Assembly: GCA_965644315.1 (NCBI GenBank)
Contig: CBFFRQ010000030.1
Coordinates: forward strand, 310,001 to 374,000
DNA from: Caecitellus pseudoparvulus
Taxonomy: Eukaryota; Protista; Bigyra: Bicosoecida
Length of the DNA stretch: 64,000 bases
Direction of reading: 5' to 3'
Shown: positions 1-10,496 of the stretch, one piece after another
Layout: every line of letters starts with the position of its first letter
Numbering within the stretch: position 1 is the stretch's first letter
Translations under genes and position numbers: made by a program
Notes under the pieces: model-generated
The model's input: the letters and a program-made list of their open reading frames with translations, nothing else
Told to the model about the DNA's origin: nothing
Databases searched by the model: none

Positions 1-655
1 CTGGATAAGGATACACTGAAGCTGCTGAAGACACAAGACATTGGATACGTGAAGTTCAAGGCCCAGGCCGAGGCGAAGGTGTGTCGCCAGCGTTTCGCGT
101 TGAAACACCACTCAGCCGCGACAGGCCTCATGTGTGCCCGCCCACTCTGCGCAGAAAATTGAGCGCTTGAAGGCGCAGTTGCATGGCATTGCCGGACCTG
201 CTGCTGCGGGGGGTAGTGGGGAGAGTGGCCACGATCAAGGCTCCGGGCGCCACATGGTGTTTGTGGACGGAGCAGAGGATGTGGCCAAGTTCAAGACCCA
301 CAAGTTCTTCGACACTGTCCCTGAGCAGGTCTCCCGCAAGCACAACCGGCAGCTGAAGAGCACAGTCAAACAGGCAGCCCGCGAGGCCGCTGAGGAGGAG
401 ACAGCCATGGAGCGCGAGGAGCTGGTGGCAGTGAAGAAGGCCGAGCGCAAAGCCCGCAAGCGAGCCCGACGGGAGCTGGATGCCAAGTACAGGGAGCTGG
501 CGGAGCGCAGTGACCGCCTCGGAAAGCTGCGTCGCACTGCCGAGCATTTCGCTGCCAAGCGTGCGACCCTGGACAAAGGCAGACGCGTCAAGGTGGCCGA
601 CGCCGCTGAGGGTCGTCCGGCAGTGTTCAAGTGGAAACCCCAGCGGAAGCGCTGA
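1..655 (+). CDS. UTP11: U3 snoRNP-associated protein 11 (5' end outside window); exons 1-78 and 155-655
   Basis: Exon 1 reads LKLLKTQDIGYV; GT-AG intron 79-154 (phase 0) joins it to KIERLK...FFDTVPE...FKWKPQRKR*, the characteristic Utp11 motifs. Confidence 0.93.
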
Positions 656-1322
656 CGCTGGCAGCAGGCGGGGCACCAGGCTGGAGCAGCGGCCTCCAAT
701 GCACGCAATGATTGGGGATGCATTTTCGCCCGGACCATATCGTGCGCACCGTCAAGAGACAGAGCAGCAGCCCCGGTGGGCCGTGTCGTCGTCACTTGGT
801 GCGATGTGCCTTGCGAGGGCTGGGCTGTCGCGGGCTCGGACCTTGGGCTCGTCTCCACGTGGCGGATTGTCGGCTCCCAGCAAGACCAGAGCCCTGGGGA
901 AGTGCACACTGCCCCGTGCCTCCCGCTTCGCCTGCAGGATGGAGACCCAGGCAGAGTAGGCTTGCGGAGTCAAGGCTGGCTTCAGCGCTCCCAGGTGCGT
1001 GCCCCAGTACGCAAGGGCTGCAGGCTCCAGGAGCCCAAAGGCGACCCTCTGCCACTGAGCAGGTGGCGCAGGGGCGCCCGCAGGGGGCTTTGGTTCAATG
1101 CAGGGCGCCGGCAAGTGTCCGCTTTTCTGCTGCCAATGCAGCCCGTGAGCGGGCACTTCGACTATGGAATCGGAGACTGAGGAGACTTTCAAACTTGCGC
1201 CATTGGCTGGTAGAGTGGCGAGGAAGGCCAGTGCGAGGGCGCGCGGGACGTGCGGGTGGTTGGCAGTCTTCTTGATGCACAGCTGAGCCGGGCATATGGA
1301 GGTCAAAGGCAGCAGTGCCAGG

Positions 1323-4300
1323 TCACTGGCCCGTGGCCGACACGGGCAGAACTTTGGAGGGGCGAAGAGATGCTTGGCGCGGGTGGACGGGGGGCTTGGA
1401 GGGGCTTTGACGCCTCTTGATCCCACCAAGCTGAGGGACGGCAGTTGCTGCCGGCCGACTAGTACCCCTGCCGGCCGCGCCTGAACCTGCCCCAGCTGGT
1501 CCAAACCTGTCAAGGTGTACTGCGAGGGGCGCTGCGGCTCTTGCGGCCAGCTCACGACTCGAGTCTCCACAGAAGCTGTGGCGCGTGGCGTGCAAGCTGC
1601 CGGTGTCAAGGAGCTGCTTCGATGCCGGAGGTGGGGGGGTTCCTGTGACGCCAGAGGCAGCGAGAAGTGCCATGACTGGACCCTGTGCAGAAGCGGGCAT
1701 TGCGCATTGTGCTGGACCCTTCTTCGCAATGCCACGTACAAGCTGGCCACTCACCGATGTAGCGCCCCCTTCCTCTGATGTCTGTCTGGTTGGAAGGGCT
1801 GGTTTCACGGCCAGCTCCACCCCAGCGCCTTGGGCCATTTTCAGCAGCGTTTCCTGTCGAGAAGACCCAGTCGCATACAGCAGTGAGCAGCCTCCCCGCA
1901 TGAACAGGTTCAATGCGCCCTGAGCCACGGGGTTCCCGAAGGTTTCCGGGTGCCGTGGCACGCCCCGGCCCAAGCCCGAAGCCGCCCAGGCTGTGTGGAC
2001 AGCATGCGTGATTACCTCGTCTTCAACAGCGCGTGCATCCACGTGCCTAGCCGCAGCGAAGAGGGCGCAATCCTCAGGACTCAGTTTGATGGTGGAGGCC
2101 AGGGCTGCTACCTTCCGCTCCGCCCGCTTCATGGCTTCGGCGGCGTTGTGACCCTCGACCTTGTCGGGAACTTCCTTCCAGTCTGTCGACACGCGCACTG
2201 CTGGGAGGAGTGGCGCAGGCATGGTGCGTGCTTCGACAAGGTCCCAATCCACATCCTTGAAGAACGCGTGGCGCTGGATGTCGGCCCAGGCGCACGGGCC
2301 CACCCCCAGCCGGTCCCCGTCTCCAATCGTGAGCAGGCGGCCCACCAGGTCCATTGCCTGCGGGGAAAACACCGACGGATCGAAGACGGGGGAAGCGTGC
2401 AGCGTCAAGCTGTTGTCTCCTGCCGGGCCTTGGCCGGATGAAAAGGGGGACCTCCCACACAGCAGCGCGTACAGCAAGCAGCCGTAGCTCCACCAGTCAG
2501 CTGACATTCCATACGCCACCCGGCCTCCGTACGAGTCGCGCACGAGCATCTCAGGGCACCAGTAAGCCGGAGTGCCTGCTCGCCCCTTGTACCAGCCGCT
2601 GCCATCATCGTGCGTGTGGTTGCAGGTGCAGGCCATGCCCATGTGCAGACGGCAATCGGACACTGCCGAGGTCGCCAGCTTGGTGCGTAGTACGTGTGGA
2701 TCTGGCTGTGAAGCTGCCCTATCAACGCTAAAATCTTCGGTACTTTGCAGAGGGGGCAGCACAGCCGCTGCGAGCGTGGAGGTGGGGCCAGTGGCCCCAG
2801 CCGCTGCTTCCTGCCCAGGCTCGCCCGCAGCTACGCAGCTGGAAATGAAGTCCAGCACCCCACCCGCGCCTCGGCGCTGCATGCCACGCACAGTGTTCAC
2901 ATGCAAGCATCCAAGGCAGCACTTGCTAAATCCTGTACTGCTCAGTACGCTCGACGACCCGCGCTGGCAGGGGCGATCTTCCTGTGGCGCTTCAGTGCTG
3001 CAGGTGTGCAGGAAGACTGACAGGCCAAGGTCGCACAGTTTCAAGTGTCCAGAGGCGTCAATCAAGATGTTGCTGGCCTTGACATCTCTGTGGATGATGC
3101 CAGCCTTGTGCAGGTGCTTCAGGCCGATGAGAATCTCTGCAGCGTAGAAGCGCACGACATGCTCCGGGAAGCACTTCTGGGGCTGCGCAAGCAGATGCCG
3201 CTCCAGATCCCCTCCCTCGCAGAAAGGCATGGCAAACTTGATGGAGGCCTGCGTCTCCCAAGCAAAGTGCACTGGGGCAACGAAGGGGGACTGCACAGCG
3301 ACGCTGCAGCACAGCTCACGCAGCGCGCAGTGAATGGCGCTCTTGTGCTTCAGCATTTTCTTGTTCATGCTCTTGACAGCGTACAAACGCGCATGCCTAC
3401 CGCGTCGCGCAACGTGGACGGTTCCATAGCTCCCTGTGCCAAGCACGCCAAGCGTCTTGAAGTCTTGCTCTCCAGCGCTGGTGCTGTGCGCGGCAATGGT
3501 GGAGGTTGCGATGCTGGGGTCACTTGCGATGCTTTGCCACCAGTCAGTGGCAAGAGGGCACACCAGGAACTCCAACGTTGCCTGGACCAAGCGGTGCAGA
3601 AGGCTGGCGGAAGGGGGCATCTGGCGAGGTGGGATGGAGCGCGGCGCGCGACCGACAGGCGAGGTGGGCGGCGCATGGAGGAAGCGCAGGAATCGGCTTG
3701 CCTCCTGTACAAGAGGGTCATCTGGAGCAGGGCCCGAGTCAGGGCCCGCTTGGTGCGCTCCAGCCAGCAGCTCGAAGGCCATGCCGGAGCCGCCATGTGA
3801 GCGGTCCTCGGCCTCCAAGTTGCTGGCAGTGCTGCGACTGCCTTCCGCTGCGATCCTGCCTGGGCTGGGACTGGGAGTTGGCCCTAGGAAGGGTGAAGCT
3901 TGTGGCGACCGGTCACACCGTGAAGCTTCGACGGAGTACCGCTGGGGCGGGCATGGGAGCGGCGGGCGTTCTGGCGTTTGGGGCTGCGTGCTGGCGCCAG
4001 CTGCGCCCGGGCCCATAACAGGAGTAGACGACCTACTGCGCGGGGCGATGACCTCCTCTTCACCCGTGCGGGGCAGTTTCCGGGATGTGTCATCCGTCCA
4101 GCTGTCTGTGTGCCCAACGGGTTCAAAGTCGACGATGCAGGTCAGTGCGTCTCTGCACTGCGCCACTTGCTCAGCAATAGAACGGAGATCGTGTGCCCTA
4201 GACATGCAGAGTCCCCCTGGGCAGATCAAAGCGAGCGATCATTGCAAAGGTGATGCCCGCAGGCGAGTTCAAGACCGATGCTGGGGCGCCTCACACTTCC

Positions 4301-4792
4301 ACCGAGTCTCCTGATTCTCGATGCCTCGGAAAACCAGGGCATCTTCCAGGAAACCGCAAATGTGGCCAAGGCCAGAAGCGTACATGTAACTCCTGAACGC
4401 AAAGAAGTGGACGGCTCCCCACGAGGGCATCTGTGTCGCACGTGGGTGTCTGGGGTGTGACGCCGGTGTGCAGTTCTTGAGGGACACGGCGGCAGGCCAC
4501 GTACGCCTTTGACAAAGCCCAGGAGGGTCGCGTCCTCGCAGATTTTGGACGCAAGAACTCCATTGCTGATGTCCACGAGTTGCGCAAGCGCGTCAGCTGC
4601 AGTGCTGGCTACATCTTGCTGCGGCATCATCTCGAAGGAGCGACACGCTCCACTGCACTGCTTGATGGACGTCCACATCTCGGCGGGAGTCACGCCACCT
4701 CCTACTGGCCGGCCTAGGGAGGCCGCCCATGCTTTGGTCCCAACACAAAGGCGTGCGTCATTGGCTGGTAGTGGGAACTTGAGGCCAGACAT
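1323..4792 (-). CDS. AGC-group Ser/Thr kinase, G-protein-coupled receptor kinase (GRK)-like, spliced; the true 3' end may extend to 752
   Basis: GTGSYG loop, YAVK, HRDVKASN, DLG (GRK-type instead of DFG), GTPAYWCPE, DWWSYG and an AGC tail (FFKDVDW). N-terminal exons (intron 4431-4504) give FFAFRSYM...GFLEDALVF...ETRWK, resembling an RGS-homology domain. Confidence 0.8.
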
Positions 4793-5055
4793 GGCGCCGT
4801 GGGACAGCGCAGGCGAGTGCGACAGGTGGCGCACGCGGGCTCGACTGAGTGACACTGCCTGAATGGCAAAGGGGCCAAGGTGAACTGCGCGCAGACTGTT
4901 CGAAGCGGAAGAGCTTGTACTTTGGGATTTGTGAGAAGGTGCAGCAGTTCAACGCGTTTGTCTAAGGTGCCATTGTGGAGTGGGCAGCGCAGGATGATTG
5001 GTGGCGGGTGTGGGGGGGGGGCTTCGCGGCCCACGTGGCTTCACCTCGCGAAACC

Positions 5056-8000
5056 TCAGAAGGGAATCATCCACTGCCCAGTAGCCGAAGGAGACATGGC
5101 ATTGACCCTGGCCCAGGCAACTGCTTCTGCCTCTGCTGCGACAAGGCCGCCGTCCAGCCGGGTCAGCCCACTCCGCACTGGGAGGGAGGAGATGGCGGAT
5201 GTAGGGCCACGCTCAGGCGAACCAGCAGCGGCGGCACCCGGACCGAGTTGGATAGCACTACTGCCAGTCATTCGACAGGCCTGGGGATGCTTTAAACTTG
5301 CAGGGCACACTGAGCCACAGGAAGGCGGGCCTTCCCCTGTGCCGCGCTCTCGGGCAGCGACCCGTGCAGTCAACGCTGCCTGGAACGGCCCAGCAAGCTG
5401 CACAGAGTGTGTGATCGTCACAGCAAAGGCCGTTTCAAATGCACTCTGATCAACTGGATCAAGCTCGACTGGGCATGGGGGAATGCATGGTGCTTCTATT
5501 GCCAGATCAGGCGCGACGGTGTGCCGCTGCAACAGCGCAAGGCTGCCATGCCAGTCGCCCGTGATCAAGGCGAGATACGCAGCCTCCACAAGCGCAAGTG
5601 CCTGAGTGGACACTGGTAGGCCTGCTGTGCGCGCATGCTGCCGCACAAGTGCGAACTGGGGACGGAGAACCACGCTGGCGCCCAGGGACATGGCGTGAAA
5701 GGCACCGAACAGAGCGAGGAAAGTCAGCACTGCGTCTCGCAGGTCTGGCTCTAATGCAGCGCATGGAAGGTGGCCCAGGAGTTGGGAGAGCTGAGAAATG
5801 GCTACATGGGAAGGGTGAGCACGCAAGTCGAACCAAGGCAAGTCTACTACGTCTCCAGATCCACCGCCTGCGGGCGGCGCAGGCAGCTGTGCGACCCCTA
5901 CTGCTGCAAGGGTGGCCGTGAGGGAAGAGGATGCCAGCTTCCACCAGCTTTGCAGGCCTCCAGCCCACAGGTTGGCCAGGGCAGTAACAAGTAGAGTGGC
6001 TGCGCGCTGGTGCTCCCCTGCCCGCAGAAGCATCGCGGCAGCTGGGCTCGGGTCGCCCCTTGTGCAGCAGTCCTTTAAGAAAGCTTCATCTAAGGCCTGT
6101 AGTCTGGGCTGCAGACCAGCCGCCTCATACAATGCCGTCATTCCCTGCAAGGCTGCTACTCCTTCGTTTTCCGCGGGTGCCTTGGCGAGAGCCGTGCTGA
6201 GTGCGGAGGCTGAGCGGGGTGCCCGCTGGGAGAGGCACTGGGCAGCAAACGCTTGCAGTGAGTGTGGGTGGGAGGGCAAGCCAGCGCCAGGCGGAGAAAT
6301 GGCGAGGCAACCAGTGGTGTCAGAGTCTGTGCTTGGGGTGGCTGGGCTCGAGAAATCTTGCAGCAGCTGTTGCACGGCCGCCTGTGCCTTCGCATGGCTC
6401 TGTGCAGACCTCTTGCCATGCGCCACACGCTCAAGTGCCAGCGCCGCTACCCCCGCGCCCAGTGGGATGCGTGCTGCATACAGGCTCTGCGTTCTTGGGC
6501 TCAGCCCGAACGCCGCCAGCGCTGCCAGCCCCAACCCCCACAATCCGTGTCTGAAGCACCGCAGGCACATTCGGTGTGCCACCTCCGCCCTGGGGGCCAT
6601 CGGCAGCAGGGGGTCCAGCAGCACTGAGTGCCTTGGAGTTCCACCTGGCAGAACACTGCCGACGACAGGGATGCAGGGCACTCTGTGTGATAGAGGAAGG
6701 CAGTCTTGCCCGGCATGGGGCAGGGCACAGGCCACTGTCCACGCAGCGAGGGTTTCGTTGCCGTTCAGCAGGAACGCCAGCGCTCGACCAGGGTTCCCGC
6801 TGGCCAGGGCCCAAGCTGCTGCTTTCACCGGCCAGCCCACTTTGCTTGTGGCCTGCGCAGGGTCGTCGACGGCAGGGTGCTCCGGTGGCGTGACGACCGA
6901 GTGCACCAGCGGGTCGGCGGCCACCTGCGGTTTGTGTGAGGTGTCAGGGGATGCTGCATGAAGTGCTGGCTCCCCAGCAGCAGACCCACTGTGAGCGCTC
7001 GCAACAGGCTCCAACACCCGGCGCAGTCCCGAGAAATGCCCATACCTAGCCGCATGCTGCAGTTGCAGCCCGTGGTTGAACAGCCCTGCGCCGGTGTACT
7101 GCGATGCGAGCTGCAAGGCCCCCCCTGTCGCAACCAAGTAGGGTGCCAGGGTGCTCAGCGCGGAGCCTGCAAGCGACTGCGCACGCTTAGCGAGGAGCTC
7201 CTGCCACAGGTCGTGGGATACGGCAGGTGCGAGAGCCAAGGCGGGTTCCCAGTCTCCCAGCTCAGCGGCAGTGCGGCAGAAGTCCTCGATGGCACCGGAG
7301 CGCAGGTAGAATCCCGCAGCACTGCGCAGCAGGTCCTCTCGACGAGGTCCCCCGATGGAGGCTACCCGGGAGGTGGCCTTGGTCACATCACAGGATCGAG
7401 CGGCAGCCGATGCCACGTCCAGCACCAAGCTGTGCGGCACAACTGCCACTTTCCCGGAGGGCTGCAGTTCTTCGTTCACCACTCGATCGACGAGTGCAGG
7501 GTCTGGGTGGGCCTCTTGAGCTTCACTGCCGGGCTGGCATGCTAGGATGGCCAGGAGCAGGTCTGCGGCGCCTTCTCCTGCTGTGCTGGCAGACATGCTC
7601 TGTCGCAGAGCATCGGCTCTCACACGTGCACTGGACCCTTCTCCGATTCCTCTCGCACTGGCGACGGCCACCAGGGCACGGGAGGCGGTGCCACACAGCA
7701 GCGGGACAGCCTGCCCCCCTCGTGACGGCCCGTGCGGAAACACTGGGCAACTGCTCGCCCCCCCCAGTGCCGCCGACCACACGTCGCTGGCTGTGAGGGA
7801 CATGCTGAGAGCGACGGAAGTCCAGCGTGTTCCGGGACTGGCCTGTGCGCGGAAGTCAGCAGCTGACACGAGGGAGCCGCTGGTTGGTGCGTCGAGGGCA
7901 GTCACAGCGTCCCGCCACAAGCTGGGAGGGTCTGACTGCCCCCCTAGCGCAAGCCCACATGCCACGATTTGAGCGGTGTGCAGCGCAGACACGGGGCCCT

Positions 8001-9960
8001 CCAACTGCCACCAGCGAATGGAAGAGTCCCTGGATACCGACACCAGCACATTCGGGCGGGCGGGGTGGCAGGCGATGCCGTACACGTCAGACGCGTGTTC
8101 CGCACAAATGCCAAGGCAGCTCCCAGACTGCGTGTCCCACAGGCGCAGGGTGCCGTCCCAAGATCCCGACAGGAGGAGGTGCGGCACTTCGTGGTGCCAT
8201 TGCAGAGCCCGCGCTCGGTCGGAGTGGCCCCGCAGAACCATGACAGCTCCCGACACGGTGTTCCACACCCGCACTGTCGAATCGTTGGAGGCAGTGGCTA
8301 GGATGTTCTCATGCAGCGGGTGAAAGGCAGCATGGAACACTGCACTCTTGTGGCCATGGAGCCGCTGCACAGGCTCGCCCGGGCTCGCCGCATCCCACAG
8401 AGTCACCAGACCAGACGCATGCCCCAACGCGAGTAGGCATGCACTGCCAGTTGAACTCGGCACTTGGCACCAGGCCACCGCGTGGCTCGGGGACATGAGA
8501 GAAATGGTGTAGTGCAGCTTGCCTGTGCTGGTATTGAACACTGCACACACGCCGTGCGTGCAGGTGGCCGCGGCGAGGTCGGGGCGCGTCGGCGACCATG
8601 CGACCCGCTGACACGGCCCTGACAGGAGGTGCGACCACGCACGTACAGCGCCAGTGGCGACATTCACCACGTAGATGCAGCCTGACCCATCGCACGCAAG
8701 GAGGCGGGGGTCGCCGGCGGGCGCCCAGCTCAGGCAGTACAGGGATGAGGGGAGGGCGGCTCGTGAGGTGCTTGGGTTGCACCTGATGGCGGTGGTGCAG
8801 GTGAAGGACGTGGCATCCCACAAGCGCACATGGCCGTCGAATCCACACGTCGCGAGGATGTGTGGGTCATCCGGCTTGAACGCGGCGCTGAAAATGGTGT
8901 CTGTGTGCCCGCCGTCCGACCTCCACGTGGTGCGACCGGCTGCACAGTCGTACGTCAGCACTGTCCCGTCCACGCATGCAATGTGCAGGTGCTCTCGCAG
9001 GCGGGGTTGGAGAGCGCTTGTTGCCTGAGTTTGCCCCGTTCCAGCTGGTGGCGGCGCAGTCACGGCCATTGCGTGGATGCCCAGCGGCGCTGCGCGAAGT
9101 GTGGCGGTGGGCGCATCTTGCGAGACATTCCACACACTGACGAGGCCACTGTGCGCATGCGCAGTGGCGAAGGAGCCAGGGGAAGAGGGGAGCCAGTGAA
9201 TGGCGCTGACGCCGCCCCGTGTGGCTGAGCCGTGGAACACCCTCAACACCGCCCCAGCCCCGACGTCCCACAGCACGATGCCGCCGAATTGGTACGCTGC
9301 CAGCAGGAAGCTGCCTTCCAGGCTGTCCCACTCCAGCGCCCGCAGGCAGCCTGGAGTGCCGTCATGCCCTGCGATGCTGTCTCGGATGCCCTGCTCAAGG
9401 TCCAGGACGGTTTCCTCTCGGGTAACTGTGTCCAGCAAGGCCACCACTCCGCCCTTTGCTGCGTCGAAGCCCACGGCAAGCACGTTGGCTTCCGAGGGAT
9501 GCCACGCAAGGCATGAAGCGTCTGCCCGTGTGGACAGTGCATACACAGCGCCGCTGTCAATGCCCAACACGGCGACCTGGCTGGGCAGCGCCACCGCCGC
9601 TTTGCGACCTGACGAAGCCCAACCAGCGCAGCGCGGAATTTGACCCTTTCCCAAGCCCCTGCGCAACACTTCCACTCCCTGGGCCACAGAAAAGACTAGC
9701 AGGAGATCATCGGTGCCGCCTGTCAACAAGAGCTCACCAGCCTTGTCCAGAGCGACACAGCTCACTGCTCGGTCGTGCCCTGTCACGAGGCTGTGCAGTC
9801 TTCGTTGGCGATTGTACAGGTAAGTTGTCAGGGTCCCGGCCACAGCCAGCGTGCCGCTGTCCGAGGCAGCGATGACAGGGCGGTGCAGTTGCTGCACTCC
9901 ACCTGCTGTCAAATGCACTTGTTTCAGGGGGGAGCCCATTTCCCAGGCTGAAGCAGCCAT
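5056..9960 (-). CDS. WDR17: WD40 repeat protein WDR17-like
   Basis: Many GH..WD repeats, GHTDTIFSAAFKPDDPHILAT, and C-terminal WARVNAMSPSATGQWMIPF matching the WDR17 terminal motif. Confidence 0.85.
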   Translation of the reverse strand: MAASAWEMGSPLKQVHLTAGGVQQLHRPVIAASDSGTLAVAGTLTTYLYNRQRRLHSLVTGHDRAVSCVALDKAGELLLTGGTDDLLLVFSVAQGVEVLRRGLGKGQIPRCAGWASSGRKAAVALPSQVAVLGIDSGAVYALSTRADASCLAWHPSEANVLAVGFDAAKGGVVALLDTVTREETVLDLEQGIRDSIAGHDGTPGCLRALEWDSLEGSFLLAAYQFGGIVLWDVGAGAVLRVFHGSATRGGVSAIHWLPSSPGSFATAHAHSGLVSVWNVSQDAPTATLRAAPLGIHAMAVTAPPPAGTGQTQATSALQPRLREHLHIACVDGTVLTYDCAAGRTTWRSDGGHTDTIFSAAFKPDDPHILATCGFDGHVRLWDATSFTCTTAIRCNPSTSRAALPSSLYCLSWAPAGDPRLLACDGSGCIYVVNVATGAVRAWSHLLSGPCQRVAWSPTRPDLAAATCTHGVCAVFNTSTGKLHYTISLMSPSHAVAWCQVPSSTGSACLLALGHASGLVTLWDAASPGEPVQRLHGHKSAVFHAAFHPLHENILATASNDSTVRVWNTVSGAVMVLRGHSDRARALQWHHEVPHLLLSGSWDGTLRLWDTQSGSCLGICAEHASDVYGIACHPARPNVLVSVSRDSSIRWWQLEGPVSALHTAQIVACGLALGGQSDPPSLWRDAVTALDAPTSGSLVSAADFRAQASPGTRWTSVALSMSLTASDVWSAALGGASSCPVFPHGPSRGGQAVPLLCGTASRALVAVASARGIGEGSSARVRADALRQSMSASTAGEGAADLLLAILACQPGSEAQEAHPDPALVDRVVNEELQPSGKVAVVPHSLVLDVASAAARSCDVTKATSRVASIGGPRREDLLRSAAGFYLRSGAIEDFCRTAAELGDWEPALALAPAVSHDLWQELLAKRAQSLAGSALSTLAPYLVATGGALQLASQYTGAGLFNHGLQLQHAARYGHFSGLRRVLEPVASAHSGSAAGEPALHAASPDTSHKPQVAADPLVHSVVTPPEHPAVDDPAQATSKVGWPVKAAAWALASGNPGRALAFLLNGNETLAAWTVACALPHAGQDCLPLSHRVPCIPVVGSVLPGGTPRHSVLLDPLLPMAPRAEVAHRMCLRCFRHGLWGLGLAALAAFGLSPRTQSLYAARIPLGAGVAALALERVAHGKRSAQSHAKAQAAVQQLLQDFSSPATPSTDSDTTGCLAISPPGAGLPSHPHSLQAFAAQCLSQRAPRSASALSTALAKAPAENEGVAALQGMTALYEAAGLQPRLQALDEAFLKDCCTRGDPSPAAAMLLRAGEHQRAATLLVTALANLWAGGLQSWWKLASSSLTATLAAVGVAQLPAPPAGGGSGDVVDLPWFDLRAHPSHVAISQLSQLLGHLPCAALEPDLRDAVLTFLALFGAFHAMSLGASVVLRPQFALVRQHARTAGLPVSTQALALVEAAYLALITGDWHGSLALLQRHTVAPDLAIEAPCIPPCPVELDPVDQSAFETAFAVTITHSVQLAGPFQAALTARVAARERGTGEGPPSCGSVCPASLKHPQACRMTGSSAIQLGPGAAAAGSPERGPTSAISSLPVRSGLTRLDGGLVAAEAEAVAWARVNAMSPSATGQWMIPF

Positions 9961-10285
9961 CTCGGGCAAGGGCCGACCCTGGCCGAGCCGCGCTCAAATC
10001 TCGTGGCGCTGGCCGGCGGTCTGCTTGCCTCGCGTTGCGGGCAAGAGCTCTCACTTGTCCGGAGGGTAAAGAGCAATGCACCATCCGTGGGGCAATGAGA
10101 GGCCAGTTTGCACCGCTCTGTGCTTGCCTCCTCCGCTGCTTCCAGACCGTCACAGCCCGCGTTGCGAATTTGGCAGCTCCGCAGATTTGGCATCCCGCGA
10201 GCCTGGCAGATTGCAGGGCCCGCTCAGGGACAAGGCAGCTTTCAACCACGGCCAAATTTCCAAGCCACAACGAAAGATAGACGCG

Positions 10286-10372
10286 CAATTTCCGTGCAGG
10301 CCAGCCACTGGCGCTAGTCTGAGGTCACAGGAGCTCGGCGCCACTTCCCGCGTGAGGAGTGTGCGGAAATTG
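10286..10372. promoter_or_regulatory. Two opposed CAATTTCCG motifs in the WDR17/IQCA1 divergent intergenic region
   Basis: CAATTTCCG at 10286-10294 (+) and 10364-10372 (-); the same 9-mer lies upstream of the genes starting at 15268 and 46327. Confidence 0.45.
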
Positions 10373-10496
10373 AGAGCCGGCCCGCCAGGCAGCAAGTTGA
10401 CGTGCACAGGGTCAGGGGCAGTGGGCAAGGCGACTTGTGTGCAAGGCTGTGCGATAGGAAGTCCAGCCCGCGGAGCTTTCGTTCCGGAAAGCAGCC

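Noticed and set aside
4380-4510. Apparent non-canonical splice needed in the kinase 5' region
   Set aside because: A canonical phase-0 GT-AG intron (4431-4504) resolves the frame.
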